A stretch of DNA of 64,000 nucleotides, taken from the NCBI GenBank assembly GCA_038728965.1, contig JAVYSX010000003.1, positions 4,218-68,217 on the forward strand, given 5' to 3'. Below, piece by piece: positions 28,652 through 38,293 of this stretch (positions are counted from its first letter, which is position 1; the number at the start of each line of letters is the position of its first letter). The notes beneath the pieces were generated by a model. That model was not told the DNA's origin and searched no databases. It saw only the letters and a program-made list of their open reading frames with translations. A program made the translations under genes and the position numbers. The DNA comes from Thermoplasmatales archaeon. GTDB taxonomy: Archaea > Thermoplasmatota > Thermoplasmata > Thermoplasmatales > GCA-001856825.

Positions 28652-29709
28652 CAGGCAACTCCCGTAATATGGAGGGCTTCCCGCGCAGCCTCCTCACTCA
28701 ACCCATTCTCGCCGAGAACTGTGTATCTATCAGGCCTCGTCTTGTGTGCCATCATAAGGGCCTGTACTGCGTCTTCTTCAGTTAGAGATACCTGATCCAG
28801 CTTTGTTGGCGCTCCGATGGTCTGAAGTGTATTTTTTATGAGCATCCAGTCGCCCCCGTGAAGGTACATAGAAATTATAGATCCAATACCGCACAGCTCG
28901 CCATGCAAACCTGTGCCCTTCTTGATGGAATCCACAGCATGTGCAAACATGTGTTCTGATCCGGATGCGGGTCTCGAGCTTCCAGCCACACTCATTGCAA
29001 TACCTGAAAAAACAATTTGTTTAATGACAAGCCAAACACTCTCCTCGATCCCCGGCTTTATCTGCGCAGCATTATTTATTATCTCCTTGGCTGCAAATTC
29101 AGAGATGGAATAAGCAGAACTGCTGATGCGTTCTGCCTTAAGCCTATGAGCCAGGCTCCAGTCCTTAAGAGCAGTCAGGTTGGATAGCACGTCAGCTGCG
29201 CCAGATGCCAAAAATCTGAAAGGAGCGGTAACGATAATCTGCGTGTCCGCTATAATCGCGGCTGGCATGGCGGCCTCAACGGATGTAGAAATACCGTTCT
29301 TACTTATAGATGCCCTCGGACTGGCGACTCCATCGTGACTCGCCGATGTTGGAATCGAGATGAAATCAAGGCCAAGATCATACGCGCTCTTCTTTGCAAT
29401 ATCTATCTTCGTCCCTCCACCTATCCCGAGTATAACCTTTGCTCCAAATGCCTTGGTTTTTTCCTTCACAACCTCAACGCTCTCTTCAGTTGCTGATCCA
29501 ACGACCACAAAATCAATCTCGATACCAGACTCTTTAAGTAGTTTGCCGACCTTTTCACCTGCCAATTTCATGGTTCTGCTACCCGTCACTATTATACCCC
29601 TGTTCGAGCTTGTAATCTTCTTGAATACGTCCGCTACTTCCTCTATAGCCCCATGGCCACCGATGACCTCCCTTGGGAGTATCATCTTTGCCAGTTTTTC
29701 AAATGGCAC
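28651..29709 (-). CDS. egsA: sn-glycerol-1-phosphate dehydrogenase
   Basis: 352 aa with an Fe-ADH/DHQS fold. GIGGGTKIDIAK and SASHDGVASPRAS match the G1PDH signature, and the length is typical. Confidence 0.85.
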   Translation of the reverse strand: MPFEKLAKMILPREVIGGHGAIEEVADVFKKITSSNRGIIVTGSRTMKLAGEKVGKLLKESGIEIDFVVVGSATEESVEVVKEKTKAFGAKVILGIGGGTKIDIAKKSAYDLGLDFISIPTSASHDGVASPRASISKNGISTSVEAAMPAAIIADTQIIVTAPFRFLASGAADVLSNLTALKDWSLAHRLKAERISSSAYSISEFAAKEIINNAAQIKPGIEESVWLVIKQIVFSGIAMSVAGSSRPASGSEHMFAHAVDSIKKGTGLHGELCGIGSIISMYLHGGDWMLIKNTLQTIGAPTKLDQVSLTEEDAVQALMMAHKTRPDRYTVLGENGLSEEAAREALHITGVA

Positions 29710-29755
29710 GAGGCCATATTCAATATTCGTTATTTATTTCTTCCTAGAGAACAGG

Positions 29756-30970
29756 TTATGTCCCTTCATTCCATGAGTGAACGTACTGAATCTGCTTCTT
29801 AGTCAGGGTATCTATTGCTATTCCACGGGATTTCAGGAACATTTTAGCTACCGACCTGTCAATCTCACTCGGCACTGGGTACACCTTTGGGGCCAGACCC
29901 CTGTTTTTTGAAATATATTCAGCTGTCAGCGCCTGAATAGAGAAAGAGAGATCCATGATCTCGACAGGATGACCCTGCCCTGCTGCAAGATTAACAAGTC
30001 TTCCGTCAGAAAGCACGTAAGCTCTCTTTCTTCCTATCTTAAACATTTTAACATTTTTCCTCACCTCAACGCCTCTGCCAAATTCTCTCTCTATTTCCTC
30101 GACAGCGACTTCATTGTTGAAGTGACCGGAATTTGCCAGTATCACCCCATCCTTTGAGTTCTTCAGCATATCAGCCGTTACTATATCCCTGACTCCAGTG
30201 GCCGTGATTACCAGATCTGCATCTCTTAGTGCATCTCTCATTCTCTTAACATCAAATCCATCCATGTGGGCCTCTATCGATTTAAACGGATCTATCTCCG
30301 TTACTGTTACCTTCGCACCCATCCCCCTCATCCTATTCGCAATTCCCCTACCACACCAGCCGTATCCTGCGACTACAACGCTCTTTCCAGCCAGAACTAG
30401 ATTGGTTGCTGACAGTACCCCATCTATTGTGCTCTGTCCCGTTCCATACCTGTTGTCGAATAAATGTTTCATAAGGGCGTCGTTAACGTCAAACATGGGG
30501 AATTTCAAAGCACCCTCCCTCTCCATGTTTTTAAGTCTGATTACACCCGTGGTAGTTTCCTCGTTTCCCCCAATTATGTTCTCATACACATCCCTCCTCT
30601 GAAGCGCAAGCGTTGTTAGATCCCCCCCGTCATCCACTATAATATCCGGGCCGAACTCGAGGGTTTTTGAGAGATATTCATAATATTCTTTCCTATCAAT
30701 TCCCCTCTTTGCGTAGACATCTACGTGGAAATCCCGCTTGAGAGAGTCAGCCACCTCATCATCGGTGCTCAACGGATTGCAACCGGCTATCCTGACATTA
30801 GCACCAGCCACTTTGAGCGTGTACGCCAGCGCCGCAGTTTTGGCCTCAAGATGAAGTGCCATCGCAACTTTTAGTCCCTTGAATGGTTTCGTTCTTGAAA
30901 ATTTAGACCTTATTGCGCCGAGAACCGGCATCCATGTAAGTGCCCACGCTATCTTGTTGCGCCCTTCCAT
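29756..30970 (-). CDS. ahcY: adenosylhomocysteinase
   Basis: 404 aa with DDGGDL, NEETTTGV, FDNRYGTGQS and the NAD site VAGYGWCGRG. Confidence 0.92.
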   Translation of the reverse strand: MEGRNKIAWALTWMPVLGAIRSKFSRTKPFKGLKVAMALHLEAKTAALAYTLKVAGANVRIAGCNPLSTDDEVADSLKRDFHVDVYAKRGIDRKEYYEYLSKTLEFGPDIIVDDGGDLTTLALQRRDVYENIIGGNEETTTGVIRLKNMEREGALKFPMFDVNDALMKHLFDNRYGTGQSTIDGVLSATNLVLAGKSVVVAGYGWCGRGIANRMRGMGAKVTVTEIDPFKSIEAHMDGFDVKRMRDALRDADLVITATGVRDIVTADMLKNSKDGVILANSGHFNNEVAVEEIEREFGRGVEVRKNVKMFKIGRKRAYVLSDGRLVNLAAGQGHPVEIMDLSFSIQALTAEYISKNRGLAPKVYPVPSEIDRSVAKMFLKSRGIAIDTLTKKQIQYVHSWNEGT

Positions 30971-30980
30971 AGAGGTTCAG

Positions 30981-31673
30981 TCAGTGTTTGCTTAAACGTT
31001 TTTTGATTTTTACCAGAAATCCGTTTCCCAGCCCCGTTACTTCGATATCCTCGAAGAATATAGGGCTTGGCACTCTGTCCAACATTGGGACTCCCGCATT
31101 TCCCACAAGTACCGGGGAGTAGAAGATGTTGATCTCGTCCCAAACATCACCTTTGATGAATGATGTTATCGTAGACATCCCCCCTTCGACCATCACAGTT
31201 CTGTAGCCCATAGATCCAAGCTCATCAGCCACGTATCTTGCATCCGGGACCCGGTCAGGGGCTTTCTTCAGAATAACATTTGATTCAAACTTACCCCTAA
31301 AATCCTCTACGGCGGCAGAAGAACCGCAAAATATAACAATATTTCTCTTGTATTTGAAAAGCCTGGCATTCGTGTTAACCCTCAAGTAGGAGTCAAGAAT
31401 GCAAACGTCAGGAATATTTTCAGAGCGGAAGTACTTCGGATTAATCGTAAGCTTTGGATCGTCCATGTTTACGGTGTTTTTTCCAACCACTATAATATCT
31501 GACTCAGATCTCAACCTATGAACCCTTTCCATATCCTCCAGGTTTGAGAATTTAAATTGCTTTCCATTTTCTCCAGATATTTTTCCATCAAGCGAAGAGG
31601 CGAAGTTCAAAACAACGTATGGCTTCAATGCGAAAGGATGATTAAATCCTGAGTTTATATACCTTGTTCTCAA
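30981..31673 (-). CDS. RibD C-terminal-domain (DHFR-like) diaminohydroxyphosphoribosylaminopyrimidine reductase
   Basis: 230 aa with PYVVLNFASSLDGKIS and MVEGGMST motifs of the riboflavin-pathway pyrimidine reductase family. Confidence 0.7.
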   Translation of the reverse strand: MRTRYINSGFNHPFALKPYVVLNFASSLDGKISGENGKQFKFSNLEDMERVHRLRSESDIIVVGKNTVNMDDPKLTINPKYFRSENIPDVCILDSYLRVNTNARLFKYKRNIVIFCGSSAAVEDFRGKFESNVILKKAPDRVPDARYVADELGSMGYRTVMVEGGMSTITSFIKGDVWDEINIFYSPVLVGNAGVPMLDRVPSPIFFEDIEVTGLGNGFLVKIKKRLSKH

Positions 31674-31960
31674 AATGTGGATGGTTGACTAAGGTGAAAG
31701 ACAGAGAGAGAACAAAAAAAGCGTTATATGGCGGCTTCTGCGCGGTACCACTTTAATCCCAATATGCTAAACGCCAATCGTCCGTGATTTATCGAATGAA
31801 TTATAGGAATTCCAATAGATGTCTAGGCAACCTTTTAGTTGGGGTTTGCCGTCAGTTTCGCTTATGCTCCGCTCTTTTCTCGAGCGAATGAAGTTGATGA
31901 GTAATCATAGCCCCATTCAGTCCTCCATCAAAATATTCCAAGGCCATGCCTAAGCTCAGC

Positions 31961-31972
31961 TTAATATAAAAA
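31961..31972 (+). promoter_or_regulatory. candidate TATA box for a leaderless menA transcript
   Basis: TTAATATAAAAA is centred about 24 nt upstream of the TTG start at 31990. No SD-like sequence lies between them. The element is nearly symmetric and could also fire leftward. Confidence 0.35.
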
Positions 31973-31989
31973 GAACAGATCGTAACTAG

Positions 31990-32847
31990 TTGAACATAAG
32001 GCAGTTCATAAGACTGATCAGGATACCGTCGCTCACAGCAACCGTTGTACCATTATTAGTCGGTGGAATAATAGCAAAAGAAGCGGGTTCATTCTATTTT
32101 TTATTCTGGATTCTCATGCTTATCGCATCTTTATCAATGCAGATTGGTGTTAATATATTCAACGAGCATGGAGATTTCATTAAGGGAATCGACAAGTCGG
32201 TATCGCACGGATTTGCTGGAGTAATAGTTAGTGGCCAGGCAACAGCAAATGAGGTCCTGGCCGCCGCTATCCTGTTTTACGCGATTTCAGCCATAACAGT
32301 TATACCTCTGGTACTTTCAAGGGGCGCTTTACTTCTCGTGATGGGGCTGACAGCATCGATAGTCGGTGTTTTGTACTCCGAAGGTCCCTTGCCCCTCTCA
32401 GCAACTCCTTTCGGCGAAATATTCGTAGGTCTAGTCATGGGTTTAGTGGAAGTTATAGCAACAGAATTCGTATCATGCGGCAGAATAACATACCTAGCTT
32501 ATCTGGCTTCGGTTCCCATCTCGATACTGGTTGCGTCTATCTTGGTGGCAAACAACATACGCGACATAGATAAAGACAGAGAAGCTAGAAGGAAGACCCT
32601 AGTAGTAATCATGGGAGCAAAGCACTCGCGAATTATGTATTATGCGATGATCCTCCTATCTTACTGCTGGCTACCTTTTATGTATGTCTTGACGGGAAGA
32701 ATCCTTCTGAATCTGCCACTTTTGACGCTCCCTTTTGCGGTTTTAGGATTTAGAATGCTACGAAAGAACGGGTGGAGGCTCGGGGTGGAGATAAGCTCTG
32801 CAGTATACCTGCTTTATGGGATAGCGCTTGCTGTAGCATTACTTTGA
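31990..32847 (+). CDS. menA: UbiA-family prenyltransferase, 1,4-dihydroxy-2-naphthoate polyprenyltransferase-like
   Basis: 285 aa, polytopic, TTG start. It carries the first Asp-rich motif NEHGDF and the second motif NNIRDIDKD, which is characteristic of MenA. Confidence 0.72.
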   Translation: MNIRQFIRLIRIPSLTATVVPLLVGGIIAKEAGSFYFLFWILMLIASLSMQIGVNIFNEHGDFIKGIDKSVSHGFAGVIVSGQATANEVLAAAILFYAISAITVIPLVLSRGALLLVMGLTASIVGVLYSEGPLPLSATPFGEIFVGLVMGLVEVIATEFVSCGRITYLAYLASVPISILVASILVANNIRDIDKDREARRKTLVVIMGAKHSRIMYYAMILLSYCWLPFMYVLTGRILLNLPLLTLPFAVLGFRMLRKNGWRLGVEISSAVYLLYGIALAVALL

Positions 32848-33184
32848 TCTCTGGGAAAAATTCTGAAGCTATATTCAAGGTTATTATTAACTTCCACTAA
32901 GAGTAGCACGGGCACTGGCCCACTTGATCGCGCATCAATCCACCCCATTCTAAATTCCAGGTATCAGCGGTGAAAAGTATATGGCTTTGACCGCAGGGTT
33001 CCGCCAGCTCTTTGAAGTTCGGTTTTAAATTACGCGAATAGGCTGGTTTCAGATAACTGACTGGTTGTCCCGGATCTTGAGAAAATTGTGAAGTTTAAAT
33101 TTTCAGTTTTATGGCTTAATCTGAAGGATGACTAGGTCCCCGAGTTCATAATTTTTTATGGGCTAATAAATTAGTGATAAATGT

Positions 33185-33204
33185 TAATTAGGGTAGCCTA
33201 ATTA
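33185..33204 (+). promoter_or_regulatory. DtxR/IdeR/MntR-type operator (8-4-8 inverted repeat)
   Basis: TAATTAGG-GTAG-CCTAATTA has perfect 8-bp arms. The core TTAGGGTAGCCTAA differs at one position from the recalled iron-box core TTAGGTTAGCCTAA. It ends 8 nt before the ATG of the DtxR-family gene. Confidence 0.6.
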
Positions 33205-33211
33205 TGAATAA

Positions 33212-33895
33212 ATGAGACACAACAAGCAGGACTATTTCCTGACAATATGGGAGCTCATGGAGGCCTTTGGATATGCATCAGAAAAGAAAGTCTCGCAGAG
33301 GATGGGTATTTCATTACCTTCGGCCTGGGAGGGAATACACAGGTTGGAGGGGGAAAGCCTGATAAGGTTGGGACGGCGCGGTATAGAATTTACTTCTTCC
33401 GGGTTAAACGCTGCGAAGCAGGCAGTAAGGGCGCACAGAATAACAGAGTATTTTGTTTACGCTTATCTTGAAGTACCCTGGGATGAAGTCCACAGGTCTG
33501 TGATGGACCTTGAGCACGACTTCACAGATAATCTCCTGGAAAACCTTTACAGAAAGATGGGATCGCCGAGTTTTTGCCCCCATGGAAATCCAATAAACCC
33601 CGACACCAGGCTGTATGAATTCACGGCCTCTGAATCTGCAGATGGAAGATACTATTTAGTAAGAACTGCGCTTGAGGATTATGATTTCCTAAGGAAATTG
33701 TTGGAAGGTGGGGCACTCCCAGGGGCGGTAGTTAAGTTGGAGAGGGAGGACGGTGGAGTTCACCTCGTGGGAGACAACGGAGATACCTTCATACCGAAGG
33801 ATTACGAGAGAAGCGTAAGGCTGGCCAATAGGCCTACAAGAACCATAGGTTACATAAATCCAGGAAGAGGATTAGAAGTACGAGGCAATTTCTGA
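33212..33895 (+). CDS. DtxR-family metal-dependent transcriptional repressor (MntR/IdeR-like) with C-terminal FeoA/SH3-like domain
   Basis: 227 aa with an N-terminal wHTH (SQRMGISLPSAWEGIHRLE). The dimerisation and metal region reads RAHRITEYF...H..E. The C-terminal domain is beta-rich. Confidence 0.85.
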   Translation: MRHNKQDYFLTIWELMEAFGYASEKKVSQRMGISLPSAWEGIHRLEGESLIRLGRRGIEFTSSGLNAAKQAVRAHRITEYFVYAYLEVPWDEVHRSVMDLEHDFTDNLLENLYRKMGSPSFCPHGNPINPDTRLYEFTASESADGRYYLVRTALEDYDFLRKLLEGGALPGAVVKLEREDGGVHLVGDNGDTFIPKDYERSVRLANRPTRTIGYINPGRGLEVRGNF

Positions 33896-33896
33896 A

Positions 33897-35105
33897 ATGA
33901 ACCCTAAGATCAAGAAGCTGCTTCCTATGCTTGGACCTGGGTGGGTCGTGATGATGGCAGATCTTGATGCGCCTAGTGTCATAACTGCTATTCAATCCGG
34001 CATCCAATTCAAAGCACACCTTATTATCCTTCTCATAATCCTCATCGCACCACTTTTCCTCGTTCAGGATACTGCATCTAGGATAGGTGCAGTCACCGGG
34101 AAGACGCTCGGTCAATTGATGACGTCTAACTTTGGTCATAGATGGACTATGACTGCGGTCTCCGGATCGGCCATCATTGATTTTGCCGCTTACGTGGGTG
34201 AATTTGCTGGTATAGCAGCAGCTGCTGAGGTTCTCGGTATTCCTGTGTATATTGCTGTTCTGGCAGTCATAATAATACATTCGATAATTGTGATGACAGG
34301 TACATACAAGAAGATAGAAATGTTCCTGGTAATCATAGGTGCCTTTCTGTTCATATTCATTATAATAGACATATTTGTAAGACCCTTTGTCATAAACTTA
34401 GAGATATTCAATCCTGTGGTTCAGGAGAGATCGTTTTATTATCTGGTGGCCGCAAATATAGGCGCCGTCATCATGCCATGGATGCTTTTTTACCATCAGG
34501 CTGCCGATGTTGATAGGGGTCTGAACATATCTGAGATGAAAAGAGAAAGCAGGGGAACATTACTCGGCGCAATAGTCTCTGAAGCTCTGATGATCTCGAT
34601 AGTTGTATTTTCTTGGAGACTCTCCGAACTTGGTTTGAAGTCCGACGACTCCCTGAGGGTTGTTGCGGGCTACCTTGGGGCGTTGATTGGGCCGGCCGGT
34701 CCATTTGTCTTCAGCATAGCCGTGGGGGTAGCCGGTCTGCTGGCGATGTTTGTGATTTCAATGAGTATGTCGTATACTGTCTCCGATGCCATGAAATGGA
34801 AAAGCAGCTTCAATGGAAGGGTTAGGGAGCAGAAGGGTTTCTATTCAATCTATTTCCTGGAGATACTACCTGCAGCAATTATTACCCTGACTTATCATAA
34901 TCTGGTTTCAATAGTTCTGGATATAATGGTCTTCTCATCCGTCGCAATTGCACTTCCTCTTCTGGTTGTTACGAGGATAGCATCAAATGGCGACGTGATG
35001 GGTAAATATCGTATTAGTCGTCTCAGGGAGGTTTCTCTGTACGTGACCCTTGCAATAATAGTATCCTTAGGGTTGTTTTCCATAATCACAACATTCTTAT
35101 TATGA
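33897..35105 (+). CDS. mntH: NRAMP-family divalent metal (Mn2+/Fe2+) transporter
   Basis: 402 aa, polytopic, with N-terminal LGPGWVVMMADLDAPSVITAIQSG. It starts 1 nt after the repressor stop. Confidence 0.82.
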   Translation: MNPKIKKLLPMLGPGWVVMMADLDAPSVITAIQSGIQFKAHLIILLIILIAPLFLVQDTASRIGAVTGKTLGQLMTSNFGHRWTMTAVSGSAIIDFAAYVGEFAGIAAAAEVLGIPVYIAVLAVIIIHSIIVMTGTYKKIEMFLVIIGAFLFIFIIIDIFVRPFVINLEIFNPVVQERSFYYLVAANIGAVIMPWMLFYHQAADVDRGLNISEMKRESRGTLLGAIVSEALMISIVVFSWRLSELGLKSDDSLRVVAGYLGALIGPAGPFVFSIAVGVAGLLAMFVISMSMSYTVSDAMKWKSSFNGRVREQKGFYSIYFLEILPAAIITLTYHNLVSIVLDIMVFSSVAIALPLLVVTRIASNGDVMGKYRISRLREVSLYVTLAIIVSLGLFSIITTFLL

Positions 35106-35148
35106 TTATATTTGGAAATATAGTTATCCAAAGAAGCGTTTTAAAATT

Positions 35149-36498
35149 ATGACTGTTTCCCCGATCGACTACAGGTACGGTCGAATGGAGGTCAAGAGAA
35201 TTTTTTCTGAGGCGGGAAGACTTGAATACATGCTCAAGGTGGAAGCAATGCTTGCCAAGGCGGAGGCAGATCTTGGTGTTATCCCGGTTGAAAGCGCTGA
35301 AACGATATTCGGTCACGCCAATCTGAAGCATGTAAAGCTCAAAAGGGTAAAAGAAATTGAAAGAGAGATAGGTCATGACGTTATGGCTCTAGTGAAATCT
35401 TTATCTGAAGTCTGTGGAGAATCTGGAAAATTCGTACATCTCGGCGCGACTTCTAACGATATACTTGATACAGCGACAGCACTTCAGCTTAAGAATTTCT
35501 TCTCATACCTGGAGGAAGATCTCAGAAGTATCTCATCCGCTCTCTGTAGGCTTGCCGAGAAGTACAAAAATACAATAATGATGGGTAGAACTCACGGCCA
35601 GCCTGCGTTGCCAATAACATTCGGTCTAAAGATGTCCGTTTACCTCGCTGAGATGATGAGACACATTGACAGAGTTGATGAATCTAAGAAGAGGATTCTT
35701 GTTGGAAAGTTCATGGGCGCAGTCGGAACAGGAGCCGCGCTCGGGAGGGATACGCTGAAGATACAGGAAAAGCTTCTCCAATCTCTTGATTTGGGGGAAG
35801 AAGAAGGGCCAACACAGATCGTGGATAGGGATAGATTTGTAGAATATGTTTCATTGATGGCAGGTATAGCTACAACATTGGAGAAATTGGCTACGGAGAT
35901 CAGAATGCTACAGAGGCCGGAGATAAACGAAGTACAGGAACCATTTGACGAGACAAAGCAGGTCGGGTCGAGCACAATGGCGCAAAAGGTGAACCCTGTT
36001 ACCTCTGAGAATGTAGTTTCACTGGCACGCATCATAAGAGGTTTTATGGTACCGATGCACGAATCTGCCATACTGTGGCATGAAAGAGATCTAACAAACA
36101 GTGCTGCAGAGAGATTTATCCTACCGTACGTTTCTATCCTCACAGACGATATTTTGAATAAGATGACTAAAGTGCTCAACGGTCTAAAGGTGAACGAAGA
36201 CTCTATGCTAAAAAACGTTCTAAACAATGACCTTTCGCTGGGAGAGGCCTACCTGATGGCCCTTGTGAACAGAGGATACGGAAGGCAGGAGGCTCATGAG
36301 ATTGTCAGAAAGGCCTCAATGGTTGTTAGGAAGAACGGGGGAGAGCTGAGTAAAAGGATTGAGGAGCTCGCAGGGGAGAAGATGGGAAAGATATCGCCTT
36401 TGGAATACACAGGAAATGCTGTTTACATAACCGAAAGAATCATTGGGAAGTACAAGAAAAACTACATACCGAGGCTGGGGGTTTCGGAGGGTAAATAA
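35149..36498 (+). CDS. purB: adenylosuccinate lyase
   Basis: 449 aa. SPIDYRYG at the N-terminus, TSNDILDTA, and GSSTMAQKVNP (fumarate-lyase signature) are present. Confidence 0.92.
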   Translation: MTVSPIDYRYGRMEVKRIFSEAGRLEYMLKVEAMLAKAEADLGVIPVESAETIFGHANLKHVKLKRVKEIEREIGHDVMALVKSLSEVCGESGKFVHLGATSNDILDTATALQLKNFFSYLEEDLRSISSALCRLAEKYKNTIMMGRTHGQPALPITFGLKMSVYLAEMMRHIDRVDESKKRILVGKFMGAVGTGAALGRDTLKIQEKLLQSLDLGEEEGPTQIVDRDRFVEYVSLMAGIATTLEKLATEIRMLQRPEINEVQEPFDETKQVGSSTMAQKVNPVTSENVVSLARIIRGFMVPMHESAILWHERDLTNSAAERFILPYVSILTDDILNKMTKVLNGLKVNEDSMLKNVLNNDLSLGEAYLMALVNRGYGRQEAHEIVRKASMVVRKNGGELSKRIEELAGEKMGKISPLEYTGNAVYITERIIGKYKKNYIPRLGVSEGK

Positions 36499-36508
36499 TT
36501 TCTACTAA

Positions 36509-36739
36509 GTGGAATTTAACATTGCTATGGAATCTGTTGGGAGATTCTGTTTCTACAACAAAGATGGTACGTGCTATTTTGTGAGGAATCAACCTGGTAA
36601 GTGTAGTCTCTGTCCGAACTTCCTCTCATTTAGGAGGGAGGCGCTATCTCTCTCCACATCAGCCTCTCCCCCTGTAAATTACTTCGATCTAGACGCTTTC
36701 AAGGGGAACGGGGATTCATTACAGACCAGTTTGGCCTAG
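36509..36739 (+). CDS. doubtful small Cys-containing ORF
   Basis: 76 codons wedged between convergent purB and the M50 protease, with four Cys (C..C....CSLC). No family recognised. It may be non-coding. Confidence 0.2.
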   Translation: MEFNIAMESVGRFCFYNKDGTCYFVRNQPGKCSLCPNFLSFRREALSLSTSASPPVNYFDLDAFKGNGDSLQTSLA

Positions 36740-38199
36740 ATCCTGGGAATGACAATCTCCCAAAGTAGAAGAAAGAGGACCATCATGCTTACCGCAGCCA
36801 CTATTGCGTCCCTTCTCCTCTTGCTTTTCTGCAGCGCAGGTGTGTTCATTAGAACATAACCCCCATCAAGCGGTACAAGCGGCAGAATGTTGGTGAGCCC
36901 TAATGCGAAGTTCAGCCAGAAAAGCCAGTAAAATAAATACTCCAAATTAAGCATCAATGGATTCGATATTACAGTAGGGAGAAGGTACGATGGGAGTGGC
37001 AAAAGGAAATGAAATGGAAGCCCGACATACTCGAAAAATCCTAAAGCCCCTCCATAAAGGGGATCTTTTAGGAGTGCCAGGTACGAATACTGATCAAAGA
37101 GCGTGATCCCAAACAGCGCAACCTGTATTCCTATGAACGGGTAGTCCTTTGGAATGTCCGGGTTCGATATGCCCTGGGACTTAAGATAATCGTAGTCCGA
37201 CGCAAAAGTAATGCCGTAGCTGGAAATTGCCGAACCGTTGAAAACCTTGATAGTCGTATTTTCGCCGGCCTTATAGCCAGACAAAACGCTTTCTAGGGTA
37301 CTTTCGTTGTTGATCTTTGCATTTCCGATAGAAATGATGACATCGCCGTTTTTTATCCCGACAGCGGATGCGGGGTACCCTTCGAGTACGCCTACTATGT
37401 AGAGGCCGTAAATAACCTGTTCCGTGACAAGATGGCCTGCCCTTTCAAGCGTAACATTTACGTATGTTCCCGGATTGAAGGAAAGATTTGGGAGCACATT
37501 TGGGTTATTTAGCGGAACCCCATTCACCCTTTCTATAATATCGCCAGGATGAAACGATGGGGTAAGAGACGACTCCACAGGTGCACCCTGGACAGCACTG
37601 AAAGTTGAAGCGACCCCAATTGCCAAGACAATGAATATTACGGCCAAAACAATATTCATCCCTGGGCCGGCCGCAAAAATCTTGCCCCTAGTTTTTGGCT
37701 CGACCTTCTTAGTTTCCTCCTCGTCTGGCTCGACAAATGCGCCAACAGGTATTATAAGCCAGAGGAGACCTGTACTTCTAACACTTATATTGTGCCTCCT
37801 CGCAGCAATCCCATGAGCACCTTCGTGAAGTGCTATGGCCACTATCAGGCCTATTATCCCGTAACCTATGGGGATCGTGGGATTAATTCCAGGGAGCGCG
37901 AGCGCGTAAGACAGAGGGACTGCAGCGCTTCTCGGTATTGAGAAAATCAGAATAGCTTCGTATATTAGAAGGATTACAGTTGCGGCAGACAAAATGGGCA
38001 TCGCGTAGTAGAAGAATGAGATGAAGTAGTCCCAGAATTTCCATCTGGATACCCTCTCTATCAGCTTTATCCCGGCCTGGGTCCTGATAAGCAGGGCAGG
38101 CCCGTAGGGCGATACATGCTTCTTAACTAGGGATATTGCCAGGTAATAGACCAATATCCATATCACAATGAGCAGGAGGATTATGAAAATCCAGTTCAC
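36736..38199 (-). CDS. M50 site-2 protease family membrane metalloprotease with internal PDZ domain
   Basis: 487 aa, polytopic, with HEGAHG (HExxH). The PDZ-like segment is GYPASAVGIKNGDVIISIG. The C-terminal NILPLVPLDGG motif is present. Confidence 0.82.
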   Translation of the reverse strand: MNWIFIILLLIVIWILVYYLAISLVKKHVSPYGPALLIRTQAGIKLIERVSRWKFWDYFISFFYYAMPILSAATVILLIYEAILIFSIPRSAAVPLSYALALPGINPTIPIGYGIIGLIVAIALHEGAHGIAARRHNISVRSTGLLWLIIPVGAFVEPDEEETKKVEPKTRGKIFAAGPGMNIVLAVIFIVLAIGVASTFSAVQGAPVESSLTPSFHPGDIIERVNGVPLNNPNVLPNLSFNPGTYVNVTLERAGHLVTEQVIYGLYIVGVLEGYPASAVGIKNGDVIISIGNAKINNESTLESVLSGYKAGENTTIKVFNGSAISSYGITFASDYDYLKSQGISNPDIPKDYPFIGIQVALFGITLFDQYSYLALLKDPLYGGALGFFEYVGLPFHFLLPLPSYLLPTVISNPLMLNLEYLFYWLFWLNFALGLTNILPLVPLDGGYVLMNTPALQKSKRRRDAIVAAVSMMVLFLLLWEIVIPRI

Positions 38200-38293
38200 G
38201 CCTACCCAATGAAAATCCTTTATTAATTATTCCCTAGTGAAACTCAATCCTTTAGATACCTTAAAAATTTATATGAACTGTGGATCAGGAGGC

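Noticed and set aside
31852-31947. A 31-codon minus-strand ORF (MALEYFDGGLNGAMITHQLHSLEKRAEHKRN) about 15 nt downstream of the symmetric TATA-like element at 31961-31972, inside the 316-bp ribD-like/menA spacer.
   Set aside because: It is too short to support from sequence alone and has no recognisable motif. The TATA element is already explained by menA. It would need conservation or ribosome-profiling evidence.
31674-31989. Searched this spacer for an FMN riboswitch, SRP/RNase P-like RNA, and box C/D sRNA. A UGAUGA occurs near 31893.
   Set aside because: No matching D-box (CUGA) arrangement is present. There are no conserved RFN or SRP helix-8 motifs, and GC content is not elevated as expected for a structured RNA in this genome.
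35640-36227. A 195-aa minus-strand ORF inside purB, with similar long antisense ORFs in valS (15654-15923), Fe-ADH/egsA (29360-29776) and ahcY (30198-30602).
   Set aside because: All lie opposite genes with unambiguous signatures, and their Ser/Thr/Pro-rich translations have no motifs.
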